Shown here: in pieces, positions 1 through 9,364 of the stretch
How positions within the stretch are numbered: position 1 is the stretch's first letter
Layout of the letters: every line of letters begins with the position of its first letter
Source: Candidatus Roizmanbacteria bacterium
Lineage (GTDB): Bacteria > Patescibacteriota > Microgenomatia > UBA1406 > HO2-37-13b
Direction: 5' to 3'
Length of the DNA stretch: 64,000 nt
NCBI GenBank assembly: GCA_038127095.1
Contig: JAYPGZ010000001.1
Span: 72,205-136,204, forward strand
Notes under the pieces: model-generated
Databases searched by the model: none
What the model was told of the DNA's origin: nothing
The model's input: only the letters and a program-made list of their open reading frames with translations
Position numbers and translations under genes: made by a program

Positions 1-52
1 TTTGCATCTTTTCAGTATACCGTGCAATTTCTTATTATGATATAAATATCTT

Positions 53-736
53 ATGAAAAAGTCTGGTAGCGCGCGAAGATTTCGTATTAATGCACTTGGA
101 TTTTCATCACTATATATATTTACTTCAACGATAGGAGGATATGTGTTATTTTCTTGGCTTTTGGGAGTGTCATACCTATTACATAGTATTTCAGAAGGTT
201 TAACAAAGGATAGTTTGTTTCTTGGGTTGATTTATTTAGTAGGAATTCCAGTGCTTATTTATGTATTGCATGTGGTTTTACCAAAAATAAAATCGGTTAC
301 TTTTTTTGCTTGCATAACTTTTTTACTTACAATATGTGCAGAGTATTACGCACATACTAGTTTTTTTACCCAAGATCATCACTTGAACAATCCTGTTTTT
401 TATTTGGTGGTATTCCTATATATAGGTATAAAGACGTTTTTGCTAACATATATTTGGAAATTGCTTGTCCGAGATCACATTACTTCCGATTTGCCTTTAA
501 AAACATATCTCGTTTCTGCTCTTGTATTGGTAGTATTATTTATTCCTATATACTCAGCAATCGCCGAAGGTACATACGTACGTTTAGGAGGGTATTTATT
601 TGATAAGTATTTAGTTAATATTTTCTTTTTGGATCAGGGTGGATATATGTTGATAACATTATCTTTGTATGTTTTGATATTTGTGGCAATAGTAGGAAAG
701 ATTCTGAATGTACTTGGTTACGGTACGAATAAGTAA
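53..736 (+). CDS. Hypothetical multi-pass membrane protein
   Basis: 227-aa ORF with about six hydrophobic segments; AT-rich -10-like box just upstream. Confidence 0.7.
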   Translation: MKKSGSARRFRINALGFSSLYIFTSTIGGYVLFSWLLGVSYLLHSISEGLTKDSLFLGLIYLVGIPVLIYVLHVVLPKIKSVTFFACITFLLTICAEYYAHTSFFTQDHHLNNPVFYLVVFLYIGIKTFLLTYIWKLLVRDHITSDLPLKTYLVSALVLVVLFIPIYSAIAEGTYVRLGGYLFDKYLVNIFFLDQGGYMLITLSLYVLIFVAIVGKILNVLGYGTNK

Positions 737-803
737 ATTACATAACCACATCAATAAAGTGGTGGGCTTTATGGCTATATTCTGGTAAAATACTACCATG
801 TTT

Positions 804-875
804 GGGCCACTAGCTCAATGGTAGAGCACCTCCCTCTTAAGGAGTTGGTTCCCAGTTCGAGTCTGGGGTGGCTCA
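804..875 (+). tRNA. tRNA-Lys(CTT)
   Basis: Acceptor GGGCCAC/GTGGCTC, D-arm GCTC-AATGGTA-GAGC, anticodon loop CT-CTT-AA, T-arm CCCAG-TTCGAGT-CTGGG. Confidence 0.93.
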
Positions 876-880
876 CAAAT

Positions 881-1297
881 ATGTTAATCAAAATTCTCGT
901 AATCGGCGTTGTTAAAAAAGATAATACTATTCTTCTTCGCAAAAAACCTGATGGTTCCCCACCCTACAAAGAAACATGGTATTTATTTGGCGGTGAATTG
1001 ACTGAGAACAACTCTCCAGAAGAGGCCATAATTAACCAAATAAAACAACAAACGGGAATAACTATTCGTGTTCTGCGGAAAATCGGATGGGACACTGAAG
1101 TTAAACATGATCTTGATGGTATTGAAAAACAGTTTGTTTATCTGAGTACTCTCTGTGAATATATAGAAGGAGATCTTGTCCCAGCTAAGGGAATTGAAAA
1201 GCTTGAGTGGGTTCCAATTGCTACATTGGGAGAATATGATCATGTTCCACCATCGCGAAAATTATTACGCGAATTAGGGTATATATCTGAACAATGA
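881..1297 (+). CDS. NUDIX hydrolase
   Basis: Degenerate Nudix box (WYLFGGELTENNSPEEAIINQIKQQTGI); start moved to ATG 881 because 818-880 is tRNA. Confidence 0.85.
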   Translation: MLIKILVIGVVKKDNTILLRKKPDGSPPYKETWYLFGGELTENNSPEEAIINQIKQQTGITIRVLRKIGWDTEVKHDLDGIEKQFVYLSTLCEYIEGDLVPAKGIEKLEWVPIATLGEYDHVPPSRKLLRELGYISEQ

Positions 1298-1426
1298 CCA
1301 TTGCGCAAATCTACGATCAGCTCGGAATTACGCCAAATTTGCAGGCTCATATGCTGCGGGTTACATCGGTTGCGCTCTTTATTGCGCAATACTGGAAAGG
1401 AAATGAACTAGATCCAGATCTGCTCA
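1294..1426 (+). pseudogene. 5' remnant of an HD-domain-like gene
   Basis: ATGA overlap with NUDIX stop; PNLQAHMLRVTSVA resembles the first helix of HD proteins but no HD motif follows; runs into the end of the convergent gene. Confidence 0.45.
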
Positions 1427-2239
1427 CATCATATTTTGAAATTGATGTAGAATTTCTTCGTTTTCTGTGTGGCCAATCCACTCTTCAGTCGTGGTTGCAG
1501 GTTGTTGTCGTAAGTAATCAAGCGGGCTTAAATCGGCTGCAAGTATAAATCGTGCAGGTTGCTGTTTGCCATATGTGGATTCCATAAAAAAACCAATATT
1601 TACTATTGCGCTCGCATTACGCTCCACTTGTCTAAACTGGGACGGATCATTTCCGTCAAGTTCTTGCGCATAGTTTTGAGGAAATTCGTACGTACTGTAC
1701 AAAATTGGAATAATGCAAGGGGTGTGTATGTCAACGTGGTTTCCTGGATTACCTACAAGATGTAAAAGATTTCTTATCACGAGTACAGCATGTATGCCTC
1801 CTGAAAGTCGCGCATGCTGTTCATAATATTCCTGAAGTGCAGCTAAAGAATCAACAGAAGTTTCGGTAGCCAGACGGCTGCGCTCGGTTGCCTTATGTGA
1901 ATCTTGAGCTTGTTGTGCCCATGGCTCATGTTTTGAGGCAAGTGTAGAAAGATGACGTGAAAATGCACTAATTCCTGCTCCTGTAGCAGTTTGAACAGTT
2001 GCATGTTCGTCAAGTTTTATTGGTAGGTACCACACAGGACGCCTGGATTCGTCTAAATACATTCCTTGTAAACTAGCATCTTCCATTTGAGAAAATACCG
2101 ATTGTAATACGTCGGCACTATGCTGACGAGTGTCCAAGGCTAAACGACCCTTATTTTGAATACGAGTGTGTAAAGTGTCTGCTGTTAACTTATGTGCTGA
2201 TAATTCGCGCTGTTGAAAAGATTCTTTTGACGTTGTCAT
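1424..2239 (-). CDS. Hypothetical protein
   Basis: Long ORF; likely start ATG 2239 (MTTSKES). Confidence 0.65.
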   Translation of the reverse strand: MTTSKESFQQRELSAHKLTADTLHTRIQNKGRLALDTRQHSADVLQSVFSQMEDASLQGMYLDESRRPVWYLPIKLDEHATVQTATGAGISAFSRHLSTLASKHEPWAQQAQDSHKATERSRLATETSVDSLAALQEYYEQHARLSGGIHAVLVIRNLLHLVGNPGNHVDIHTPCIIPILYSTYEFPQNYAQELDGNDPSQFRQVERNASAIVNIGFFMESTYGKQQPARFILAADLSPLDYLRQQPATTTEEWIGHTENEEILHQFQNMM

Positions 2240-2312
2240 AAAAATTGCAGGTACTATAACACGAAACAATGAAATTCACAAGAATATCTCTAGATTTATA
2301 TCGGCCTGTAGT

Positions 2313-2675
2313 ATGATATACTATCTCATGGCAGAACGTAGCATTGTACAATTTGGATCTCTGGTAAGACTTAAAACGGCTCCTGAAGAACTGCAAGTAG
2401 TATTAGATGTTAAATATTATCAAAGAATGCTTCGTCTAGGGCGCTTAGTAGAACATGAAGATAGTTATGCATTAGTCGAATATTTATATCCGCATTTTAA
2501 GGCAGATGAAGTTGGTGCTGTACACAACGCCCATTTGAATGAGGTCGAAATTGTTGAAGCTCTGCGACGCGCAGCATTGGCAAATGGAAGAGAAATCGGT
2601 GCTGATGAAATCGACATGTTTATAAGCTCTTTTCCCGACCAGAAAGCAACTTCGATCATTATTACCTATGAATGA
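2313..2675 (+). CDS. Hypothetical protein
   Basis: 120-aa ORF overlapping the next gene's start; true start may be 2328. Confidence 0.6.
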   Translation: MIYYLMAERSIVQFGSLVRLKTAPEELQVVLDVKYYQRMLRLGRLVEHEDSYALVEYLYPHFKADEVGAVHNAHLNEVEIVEALRRAALANGREIGADEIDMFISSFPDQKATSIIITYE

Positions 2676-3045
2676 ACAATTTCTTACTGAAAAGGAACCA
2701 CGAAGAATTGAGGTTAGTGCTGGAACATTGTATTTAGATCACAATTCAATGACATATGTCGTTCTCGATCCGGCAGTCGGCTTTAGCAGACGACCCACAA
2801 AACAACTTAGGGTCACCCGATGGATGCTTGATAATATGACTAGTGAGTACTATTGGCTGTATGATCTGCAAGAACTTGTAAATCCTCGAACAGTACAAGA
2901 AGTTCTATATACACTCGACAAAAATGTTTTTAGACGTGCTGGGCGTAAAGGAGCCGAATTAGGTGGTGTGACTTTGTCGGCATTAGTAGAACAAGAGATT
3001 ACAGAAGCACTACACAAAGGAGTCGTTATTCACGAAATTCGTTAA
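2668..3045 (+). CDS. Hypothetical protein
   Basis: 125-aa ORF coupled to the previous gene. Confidence 0.6.
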   Translation: MNEQFLTEKEPRRIEVSAGTLYLDHNSMTYVVLDPAVGFSRRPTKQLRVTRWMLDNMTSEYYWLYDLQELVNPRTVQEVLYTLDKNVFRRAGRKGAELGGVTLSALVEQEITEALHKGVVIHEIR

Positions 3046-4635
3046 TTAAATCTCTTCCCGCTTCCCTCGCACAAATTTCACCCATTCTTCAATAATATCT
3101 ATAATCATTTTAAATGGAGCCTCGATGAAAAAGTCAAAAATAAGCATGAGCACATTTAAACGTGCGACTTCATTACTCAGGAACTTACCTACCGATACGA
3201 TTGGTAAAAACATAAAATATAGGATCGGTGAAAATATTCCATCTGCCTCTTCAAGCGAATATTCCTTGGCAGTTTGACGAATGCGATATCCAAAAAATCC
3301 GACAACTGTTAAGAAGAATACAAAAATTGTTGTGCCAATAATGTTGAATCCCATACGCTCAAGCAGAATGAAAATTGTTCCAAATAGAATGCCAAAGAAA
3401 ATAAAGTAGATCAGTGTAAACCCAAGCACTAGCAATGGACGATTTGTTTGCTTTTCATGTGTTACTTTAATAGGTGCAGTTTCAAACGTTTCATCGTTAT
3501 TAATAATATTGACCAATCGATTATATATACGTTGTGTATTTTTTGCGTCAGGAACTCGGAAAAATGAAACGAGTAAGCCCATAAAGATAGGCGGCATAAT
3601 AACGTTCATAACGAGCGGTAAAATATCAAGTGCCCCGTAAAAAAATCGTGATAGCGGAATTTCCAAAAGGAGTACAAAAATAATTTTTGTTAAAAAAATA
3701 TACGTAATGCTGCGAATCATGGCAGTACGCAGTTTCATGTTGGTTTCCTTATATTTTTTGTCACACGACGCCTGCACTTTTTCCAATAACAAAGTCTCGT
3801 CTTGAAGAATTGTTGCGCTATCGGAATTGGCATTTTTTAAAATGTCGTCTAAGATTAGAAATGGAGGAACCTGTTTTTTTGCCTGCTTAATAAGTTTATC
3901 TTTGTATGGATTTTCAATGATTTTTTCAAAGTCTCGAACAATCGTTGGCCAATTTCGTACAAGGTCTGTTAATTTTTCTTCATTTAAAGCAGTAAATGTG
4001 CCGTAGTGTAAGGTAAAAAGATGGTATCGAGTATATGCGTTGTCATTCTTAGCAAAAGCTACTTCTGCAGCAGTATAAAAGTAAGCGTCTCGAAGCTCAT
4101 CCGATACATTTGCAAGCTGGAATTTTTTATGAAGAACTTGATAATAAAAATATAAGTTTGCATTGAATCGCTTTGTTTTTTCTAGTTCAATGTGTTCTTC
4201 TATTTCGCACGTAAGAATGTCGTATAAGTACTGTGTTTGTTTTGGTGAATTTTTTCCATGTACTTTGCTGAGGTTTTGCAAAAACCATACAAACTTATTT
4301 ATTCCATCTTGAATATTACTTACCTCTGACGTTTTAAGCGTTTCAGATGACATGTAGCGTGCCCACAATAATTCGCGAACAACATTTTCCCCTTCTCCTT
4401 TTCCGCTCGGGTTTATTGCAAGTCTTCTACGTAAAATTCTTTCTATTGCAGCACGTCGAACTAAGTGTTCTTCACGAAATTCAATTGAATTTCGTACTTT
4501 TTCGTACAGCAAGGCAAAAAACGACACAGTTTGCGATACCTGCAAATGTGTCATGTCGGTTGAAGGAGATTTTTTCTTTGCTTGATGAAGCGATTCCAGT
4601 AGTGCTTGCGTATATTTTGACAACGTAATGGCCAT
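3046..4635 (-). CDS. Hypothetical membrane protein with large soluble N-terminus
   Basis: 529 aa; YEKVRNSIEFREEHLVRRAAIERILRRRL motif; 4-5 C-terminal TM segments. Confidence 0.8.
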   Translation of the reverse strand: MAITLSKYTQALLESLHQAKKKSPSTDMTHLQVSQTVSFFALLYEKVRNSIEFREEHLVRRAAIERILRRRLAINPSGKGEGENVVRELLWARYMSSETLKTSEVSNIQDGINKFVWFLQNLSKVHGKNSPKQTQYLYDILTCEIEEHIELEKTKRFNANLYFYYQVLHKKFQLANVSDELRDAYFYTAAEVAFAKNDNAYTRYHLFTLHYGTFTALNEEKLTDLVRNWPTIVRDFEKIIENPYKDKLIKQAKKQVPPFLILDDILKNANSDSATILQDETLLLEKVQASCDKKYKETNMKLRTAMIRSITYIFLTKIIFVLLLEIPLSRFFYGALDILPLVMNVIMPPIFMGLLVSFFRVPDAKNTQRIYNRLVNIINNDETFETAPIKVTHEKQTNRPLLVLGFTLIYFIFFGILFGTIFILLERMGFNIIGTTIFVFFLTVVGFFGYRIRQTAKEYSLEEADGIFSPILYFMFLPIVSVGKFLSNEVARLNVLMLIFDFFIEAPFKMIIDIIEEWVKFVRGKREEI

Positions 4636-4679
4636 AGACTATCTATTATACGCTCATTTTGCTATACTGGAGGGGTTTC

Positions 4680-5150
4680 ATGAAAATTCTTAGTCTTGAT
4701 TCAGGAATTGAGCGGACCGGATATGCAATTTTTGAGAAAAACTCACAGGGTTATACGTATATAAACTGTGGCATTGTTGTAACCGATAAAAAATTACCGC
4801 TTGTAGAACGCTTACGTACCCTTGCTGTTGCGCTTCACACGCTTATAGAGCAATACAAGCCTGACACAATGGTAGTAGAGCAATTATTTTTCAACACCAA
4901 TGCTAAAACGGCGATTACCGTTGCACAAGCGCAGGGCGCCACACTCTTGGTTGCTTCTAAACACAATATTCCTGTGGAATTTCTTTCCCCATTAACCATT
5001 AAGCAAGTAGTCACCGGCGACGGACGGGCAGATAAAAAGCAAATGAAAAAAATGCTGGAATTTTCAATACAGTTTGTTCAAAAACCAGAAACAGATGACG
5101 TTTATGATGCCGTTGCGTGTGGAATGGCATATTGTATTTTAAATAGATGA
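4680..5150 (+). CDS. ruvC: Holliday junction resolvase RuvC
   Basis: ILSLDSGIERTGYAI, VVEQLFF, IKQVVTGDGRADKKQM, DDVYDAVA; first gene of ruvCAB. Confidence 0.95.
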   Translation: MKILSLDSGIERTGYAIFEKNSQGYTYINCGIVVTDKKLPLVERLRTLAVALHTLIEQYKPDTMVVEQLFFNTNAKTAITVAQAQGATLLVASKHNIPVEFLSPLTIKQVVTGDGRADKKQMKKMLEFSIQFVQKPETDDVYDAVACGMAYCILNR

Positions 5151-5165
5151 TACAATTGAAAAACT

Positions 5166-5744
5166 ATGATTGGCAAATTGAAAGGAACTATTTCAGAAGT
5201 ACAAGGAACAGTTGTTTTACTTGAGACTTCAGGTGGCGTGTTTTATTCACTGTATTGTATGCCAGATTTAATTTCTGCGCACAAAATTGGTGATACGGTA
5301 GCAATGTACACGTATTTACAAGTTCGGGAAGATGCGCTTACGCTTTTTGGATTTTCTTCAAAAGAAGCTCATGATTTGTTTCAAATGTTGCTTTCTGTTG
5401 ATGGTGTTGGTCCAAAACTTGGATTTGCTATTATTTCATTTGCACAGCCAAAAAATATTACCGATGCTGTTCTACAACAAAATGTAAGTTTTTTTAATGG
5501 AATTCCTGGTGTCGGAAAAAAAACGGCGCAAAAGATACTATTGGAATTGTCGTCTAAGATGAATCAAGAATATACGATTAAAAATCAAATTCTTAGTTCC
5601 GATGAAAAAACTATAATAGATGCCCTTGTTGCTTTAGGATTTGATAAAAACGAAAGCAATTCAATTTTGTCAAAACTTGATAATTCACTTTCTTTGGAAG
5701 ATAAAATAAAACAAGCGATTCAATTATTAACAAATCATTCATGA
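5166..5744 (+). CDS. ruvA: Holliday junction branch migration protein RuvA
   Basis: MIGKLKG, VREDALTLFGF, HhH motifs VDGVGPK and IPGVGKKTAQKI. Confidence 0.96.
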   Translation: MIGKLKGTISEVQGTVVLLETSGGVFYSLYCMPDLISAHKIGDTVAMYTYLQVREDALTLFGFSSKEAHDLFQMLLSVDGVGPKLGFAIISFAQPKNITDAVLQQNVSFFNGIPGVGKKTAQKILLELSSKMNQEYTIKNQILSSDEKTIIDALVALGFDKNESNSILSKLDNSLSLEDKIKQAIQLLTNHS

Positions 5745-6742
5745 AAAAAGACGATACTATTGTTTTAGATATTAACCTTCGACCATCAACATTGCAGGAG
5801 TATATTGGTCAGGGAAAAGTAAAGCGATCATTACAACTCTTCGTAGACGCAGTTACTAAGCGAGGTGTTGTGGCAGAGCATTTGCTTTTTTATGGCCCTC
5901 CGGGCATGGGAAAAACGACGCTGTCGCACATTATTGCACGAGAGCTTAATGGAGAGCTCAAAACGACTTCAGGGCCAGCTATTGCTAAAACTGGAGATTT
6001 GGCAGCAATTCTCACCAACCTAAAAGATAATGACGTGTTGTTTATCGATGAAATTCATCGACTCCCTAAAGCTGTTGAAGAGGCGCTGTATCCGGTTATG
6101 GAAGATTTTTCGCTCGATATTATTATTGGAAAAGGACCTTCGGCTCGAACCATGCGATTACCAATTCCTAAAATTACTATTGTTGGCGCCACAACGCGTT
6201 TGGCGCTCCTTTCAGCTCCACTGCGAGATCGGTTTGGCATGACACTTCGATTAGATTACTATACCGATGAAGAAATGGCGCAAATTGTTTTAAGATCGGC
6301 AAAATTGTACGACATTCCCCTGTCGACTGAAATTGCCACACTTATTGCAAAACGTGCGCGACGAACTCCTCGATTGGCAAATCGAATACTCAAACGTGCG
6401 CGCGATCTGTATGAAGTAAAAAAGCTCAAAGAAATTACTCCGCAAGTTATTGATGATCTATTTTCGATTCTTGAGATTGATGAAATAGGTTTAACTGATG
6501 GGGATCGAAAATATTTGCTTGCAATAATTGAAAAATTTGATGGCGGTCCGGTAGGCGTGAGTACACTTGCGCATACGCTGTCTGAGGATATACAGACTAT
6601 TGAAGAATATATTGAACCGTACCTAATGCGCATAGGATTTCTAAAAAAAACTGGAAAAGGACGGGTGGTTACGCCTAAAGCATATTCTCATTTGCATATT
6701 TCTCCAAAAAAACAGCCAGTGGAACAGACGAGGCTGGCGTAG
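5741..6742 (+). CDS. ruvB: Holliday junction helicase RuvB
   Basis: LRP..L.EYIGQ, GPPGMGKTTL, FIDEIHRL, GATTR, LRDRFG, EPYL. Confidence 0.98.
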   Translation: MKKDDTIVLDINLRPSTLQEYIGQGKVKRSLQLFVDAVTKRGVVAEHLLFYGPPGMGKTTLSHIIARELNGELKTTSGPAIAKTGDLAAILTNLKDNDVLFIDEIHRLPKAVEEALYPVMEDFSLDIIIGKGPSARTMRLPIPKITIVGATTRLALLSAPLRDRFGMTLRLDYYTDEEMAQIVLRSAKLYDIPLSTEIATLIAKRARRTPRLANRILKRARDLYEVKKLKEITPQVIDDLFSILEIDEIGLTDGDRKYLLAIIEKFDGGPVGVSTLAHTLSEDIQTIEEYIEPYLMRIGFLKKTGKGRVVTPKAYSHLHISPKKQPVEQTRLA

Positions 6743-8478
6743 TATAATAAGCTTTCAGATATTTGCCCGGGTGGTGAAATTGGTATACACGCAGTCTTGA
6801 GGAGGCTGTGCCGCAAGGCGTGGAGGTTCAAGTCCTCTCTCGGGCACCATACAGAACTTTTTAGATAATATTTTGCTTTAGCCCTTTGTAATGGGCTTCT
6901 TTTGGGTTCGAGCGGGCTTAATTTCTTCTTTGTTTTTTGACTACCCCTTTTATACCGAATAAACAGATATCGAAGCTGAAACTTCAAATTTTGATCTAGT
7001 AGGATTGGGTTCGAGCCGACAGTCTTAAATATTACTTTTTTATCATCAGATTCCCCATTTCCAAACCGTTCAGCTGCTCGCAACCCGAACTCAAAGCTAT
7101 CTTTTGCAATATCTGCCCATTCGTTCTTCCCTGGAGCTGTTTGTTCTAGTTGTTTTGTGATCTTTTCTTTCTCAAGAAGTAGTACTCTTTTTCTGTCCGC
7201 AAACTCCTGATCAGAAAGTAACGCTCCATCAGAGTTATCAGGTGAGATTTTGAGGGAGACAAGATTGTTAATTCGTTTCGTTACTCCCTCAAGAGCTTTT
7301 TGTAAGGCTTCGTGGCTTGTGGCAACAACAGTACTGTCCTGAGTTTTAACTTTCTCTAGTGCTTCTAGGGCAAGCTCGGCAAACTCCGGCATAAGTTCAA
7401 GTTCGGTCAATTCATCTTTAAATTGATCTTCTAACTTGCCCGATGACAGATAGGGCTGATTACATTTGTTTTCCTGGTTCTTCTTTGTACATCGATAGTA
7501 CGCAAAAACTTGGGAAGTACCATTTTTGTAATGTTTTGTGTGTGATTCGACGGTAATACAATATCCACATTCTCCACATTTAATAATCCCGTTTAATGCG
7601 GAATCGTGTTTATGTGGCTTTCCTTTTGCTCTACCATCGACAATATCTTGTAAAAGGTTAAACTCATCATCTGATAAAAGCGGAGGATGCTGTCCTTGAT
7701 ACATTCTTCCACAATAGATAAATTTGCCTGTATAGAATGGATCTCGGAGTAACCTATGCATTGCACTCTTGCAGATAGGTTTGCCACTTTTTGAGCTTCT
7801 GATGCCCAAATTTGCTGCTTCTTTAACAAGCCGTTCCACACTATAGTTACCAGTTAACGCAAGATCAAATAGCTTTCTCATTAACGTAAAATCAGTCGGA
7901 TGGGCAGAGATATCTCGCAGTCCTTGTGGCTTATCGTGGTTATTCATATATCCCGGACGTGCTTTACCAGGAAAAACGCCCCGTTCGGCTTTTAGCAATA
8001 ATGATTCTCTAACGTTTACGCTTTTATTATCATTCTCAAGCTTTGCCTGGGTGCATAAAAGATTAAGCATGAACTTATCATAGGGGTTATTCTTAAATAC
8101 TTGATATGGCGTAACAACTTCCAGAAGCTTGCCTTGATCCATAAGATATATGATTCTTCCGGTATCAATGGTATTTCGAGATAACCGAGAGGGATTAAGC
8201 AGAACAATTCCATTCACTTCTCCGTCCTCAATCATTTGAATGAGCTGATTAAAAACAGGACGTCCTGGAATTTTTGCGGATTTGGACTCTTGGAATGGGT
8301 CGCCTATAATATGTAAGCCTCTTGATGCTATATATGAAGTCAGAGTGTGTATTTGATCAGGAAGGGACTGAATTTGTCGCTCATCAGACTCACTGCTTTT
8401 TCTGCAATATATTGCATATTTGCTTATCAGTGGAAAATCTTGCTGATTGTTAGTAGTGTTGTATTCCGATAGTCTCAT
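6688..8478 (-). CDS. Large serine recombinase (integrase); last 51 codons read through the tRNA antisense
   Basis: YCRKSSESDERQIQS catalytic motif, SRLSRN, recombinase domain, zinc ribbon CGECG...YYRC...C, coiled coil; tail after ..SSVWC is tRNA/ruvB antisense. Confidence 0.92.
   Translation of the reverse strand: MRLSEYNTTNNQQDFPLISKYAIYCRKSSESDERQIQSLPDQIHTLTSYIASRGLHIIGDPFQESKSAKIPGRPVFNQLIQMIEDGEVNGIVLLNPSRLSRNTIDTGRIIYLMDQGKLLEVVTPYQVFKNNPYDKFMLNLLCTQAKLENDNKSVNVRESLLLKAERGVFPGKARPGYMNNHDKPQGLRDISAHPTDFTLMRKLFDLALTGNYSVERLVKEAANLGIRSSKSGKPICKSAMHRLLRDPFYTGKFIYCGRMYQGQHPPLLSDDEFNLLQDIVDGRAKGKPHKHDSALNGIIKCGECGYCITVESHTKHYKNGTSQVFAYYRCTKKNQENKCNQPYLSSGKLEDQFKDELTELELMPEFAELALEALEKVKTQDSTVVATSHEALQKALEGVTKRINNLVSLKISPDNSDGALLSDQEFADRKRVLLLEKEKITKQLEQTAPGKNEWADIAKDSFEFGLRAAERFGNGESDDKKVIFKTVGSNPILLDQNLKFQLRYLFIRYKRGSQKTKKKLSPLEPKRSPLQRAKAKYYLKSSVWCPREDLNLHALRHSLLKTACIPISPPGQISESLLYYASLVCSTGCFFGEICK
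6765..6849 (+). tRNA. tRNA-Leu(GAG), integration target
   Basis: GCCCGGG/CTCGGGC acceptor, anticodon arm CAGTC-TTGAGGA-GGCTG, long variable arm, T-loop TTCAAGT, encoded CCA. Confidence 0.95.
6844..6850 (+). repeat. attL core GCACCAT
   Basis: Direct repeat of 44210-44216; overlaps the tRNA 3' end. Confidence 0.8.
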
Positions 8479-8659
8479 GGTGCCTCCTTTCTTCGTGGGA
8501 AATTAAGACAGAATTTGTTTTGGATGTAGGCTTTAGAAGTACTTTCATAAGATTCACCAGATCAGTAGCCATTGCCGTTGCTTCCTCATCAGAAAGCGCA
8601 ATATTAAACTTTTCGTGATACAGCTTCTTAAACTTTTCTTGCAATTCTTTATCTATCAT
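8450..8659 (-). CDS. Small hypothetical protein upstream of integrase
   Basis: 69-aa ORF (LQEKFKKLYHEKFNIALSDEEA) overlapping integrase start, directly downstream of a consensus promoter. Confidence 0.65.
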   Translation of the reverse strand: MIDKELQEKFKKLYHEKFNIALSDEEATAMATDLVNLMKVLLKPTSKTNSVLISHEERRHHETIGIQHY

Positions 8660-8667
8660 ACTTTAGT

Positions 8668-8713
8668 ACTACAACTATAGTTATAGTATAGTAACTATAG
8701 TTGTAGTTGTCAA
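8668..8713 (-). promoter_or_regulatory. Sigma70 promoter TTGACA-N17-TATACT overlapped by a 16-bp inverted-repeat operator
   Basis: -35 at 8713-8708, -10 at 8690-8685; IR ACTACAACTATAGTTA-N8-TAACTATAGTTGTAGT at 8668-8707. Confidence 0.8.
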
Positions 8714-8743
8714 GCGTAAATGAGTAAAAACTGAAGCTAAAAT

Positions 8744-9013
8744 ATGCCTATTGAATTAATTAACCAAAATATGAGCTATACTATTATTATGAATGCAATT
8801 GCAAACCAAAGGAGCCAGCTGGCATTTGGTAAAAACCTCAGAGAGGAACGGGATCGTAAAAACCTGTCACAAGAGGATGTAGCGCAGAAAGCAGGAATAT
8901 CCGTTACGTATTATGCTGGTATTGAGCGAGGAGAAGAAAATCCTACTTTTGCAGTGCTTGAGCAAATATGTAAGGCACTTAGAGTGAAATCTTCACAGGT
9001 GCTTCCTTTTTAA
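8744..9013 (+). CDS. XRE-family HTH transcriptional regulator
   Basis: FGKNLREERDRKNLSQEDVAQKAGISVTYYAGIERGEENPT; start may be a downstream Met. Confidence 0.92.
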   Translation: MPIELINQNMSYTIIMNAIANQRSQLAFGKNLREERDRKNLSQEDVAQKAGISVTYYAGIERGEENPTFAVLEQICKALRVKSSQVLPF

Positions 9014-9018
9014 GACAT

Positions 9019-9240
9019 TCAATTAACCTTTTTTCTATTGGCTATATCAGTCTGAATTCGTTTAGCAGTAATTTGAAGTGCGGTCATCAATCTTTCAATG
9101 TGATCATCGCTTAAATCTTCTTGATTTAATGCCTTCATAATATCCATTACATCATTTTTATTTTCAATATCCAGGTGCTGTTCCACAGCATATTCATAGA
9201 TATCAAGAACCAATTTTGCCTCATCCTCTGCTGTTTTCAT
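9019..9240 (-). CDS. Hypothetical protein
   Basis: 73-aa ORF with TATAAT just upstream of ATG. Confidence 0.6.
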   Translation of the reverse strand: MKTAEDEAKLVLDIYEYAVEQHLDIENKNDVMDIMKALNQEDLSDDHIERLMTALQITAKRIQTDIANRKKVN

Positions 9241-9364
9241 GTAAAGATTATAACATGAAATATTTTCGGCGTTCAGTCTGCATGGCTTCCTTTTTTTGAT
9301 CTTTTCTGATATACTTCGTGGTTACTTAGCCCTTTATAGCAATCTGTAATATTAATGTTCATTT

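Noticed and set aside
6688-6843. Integrase tail as a genuine conserved domain
   Set aside because: It is the antisense reading of tRNA-Leu and the ruvB end, created by integration
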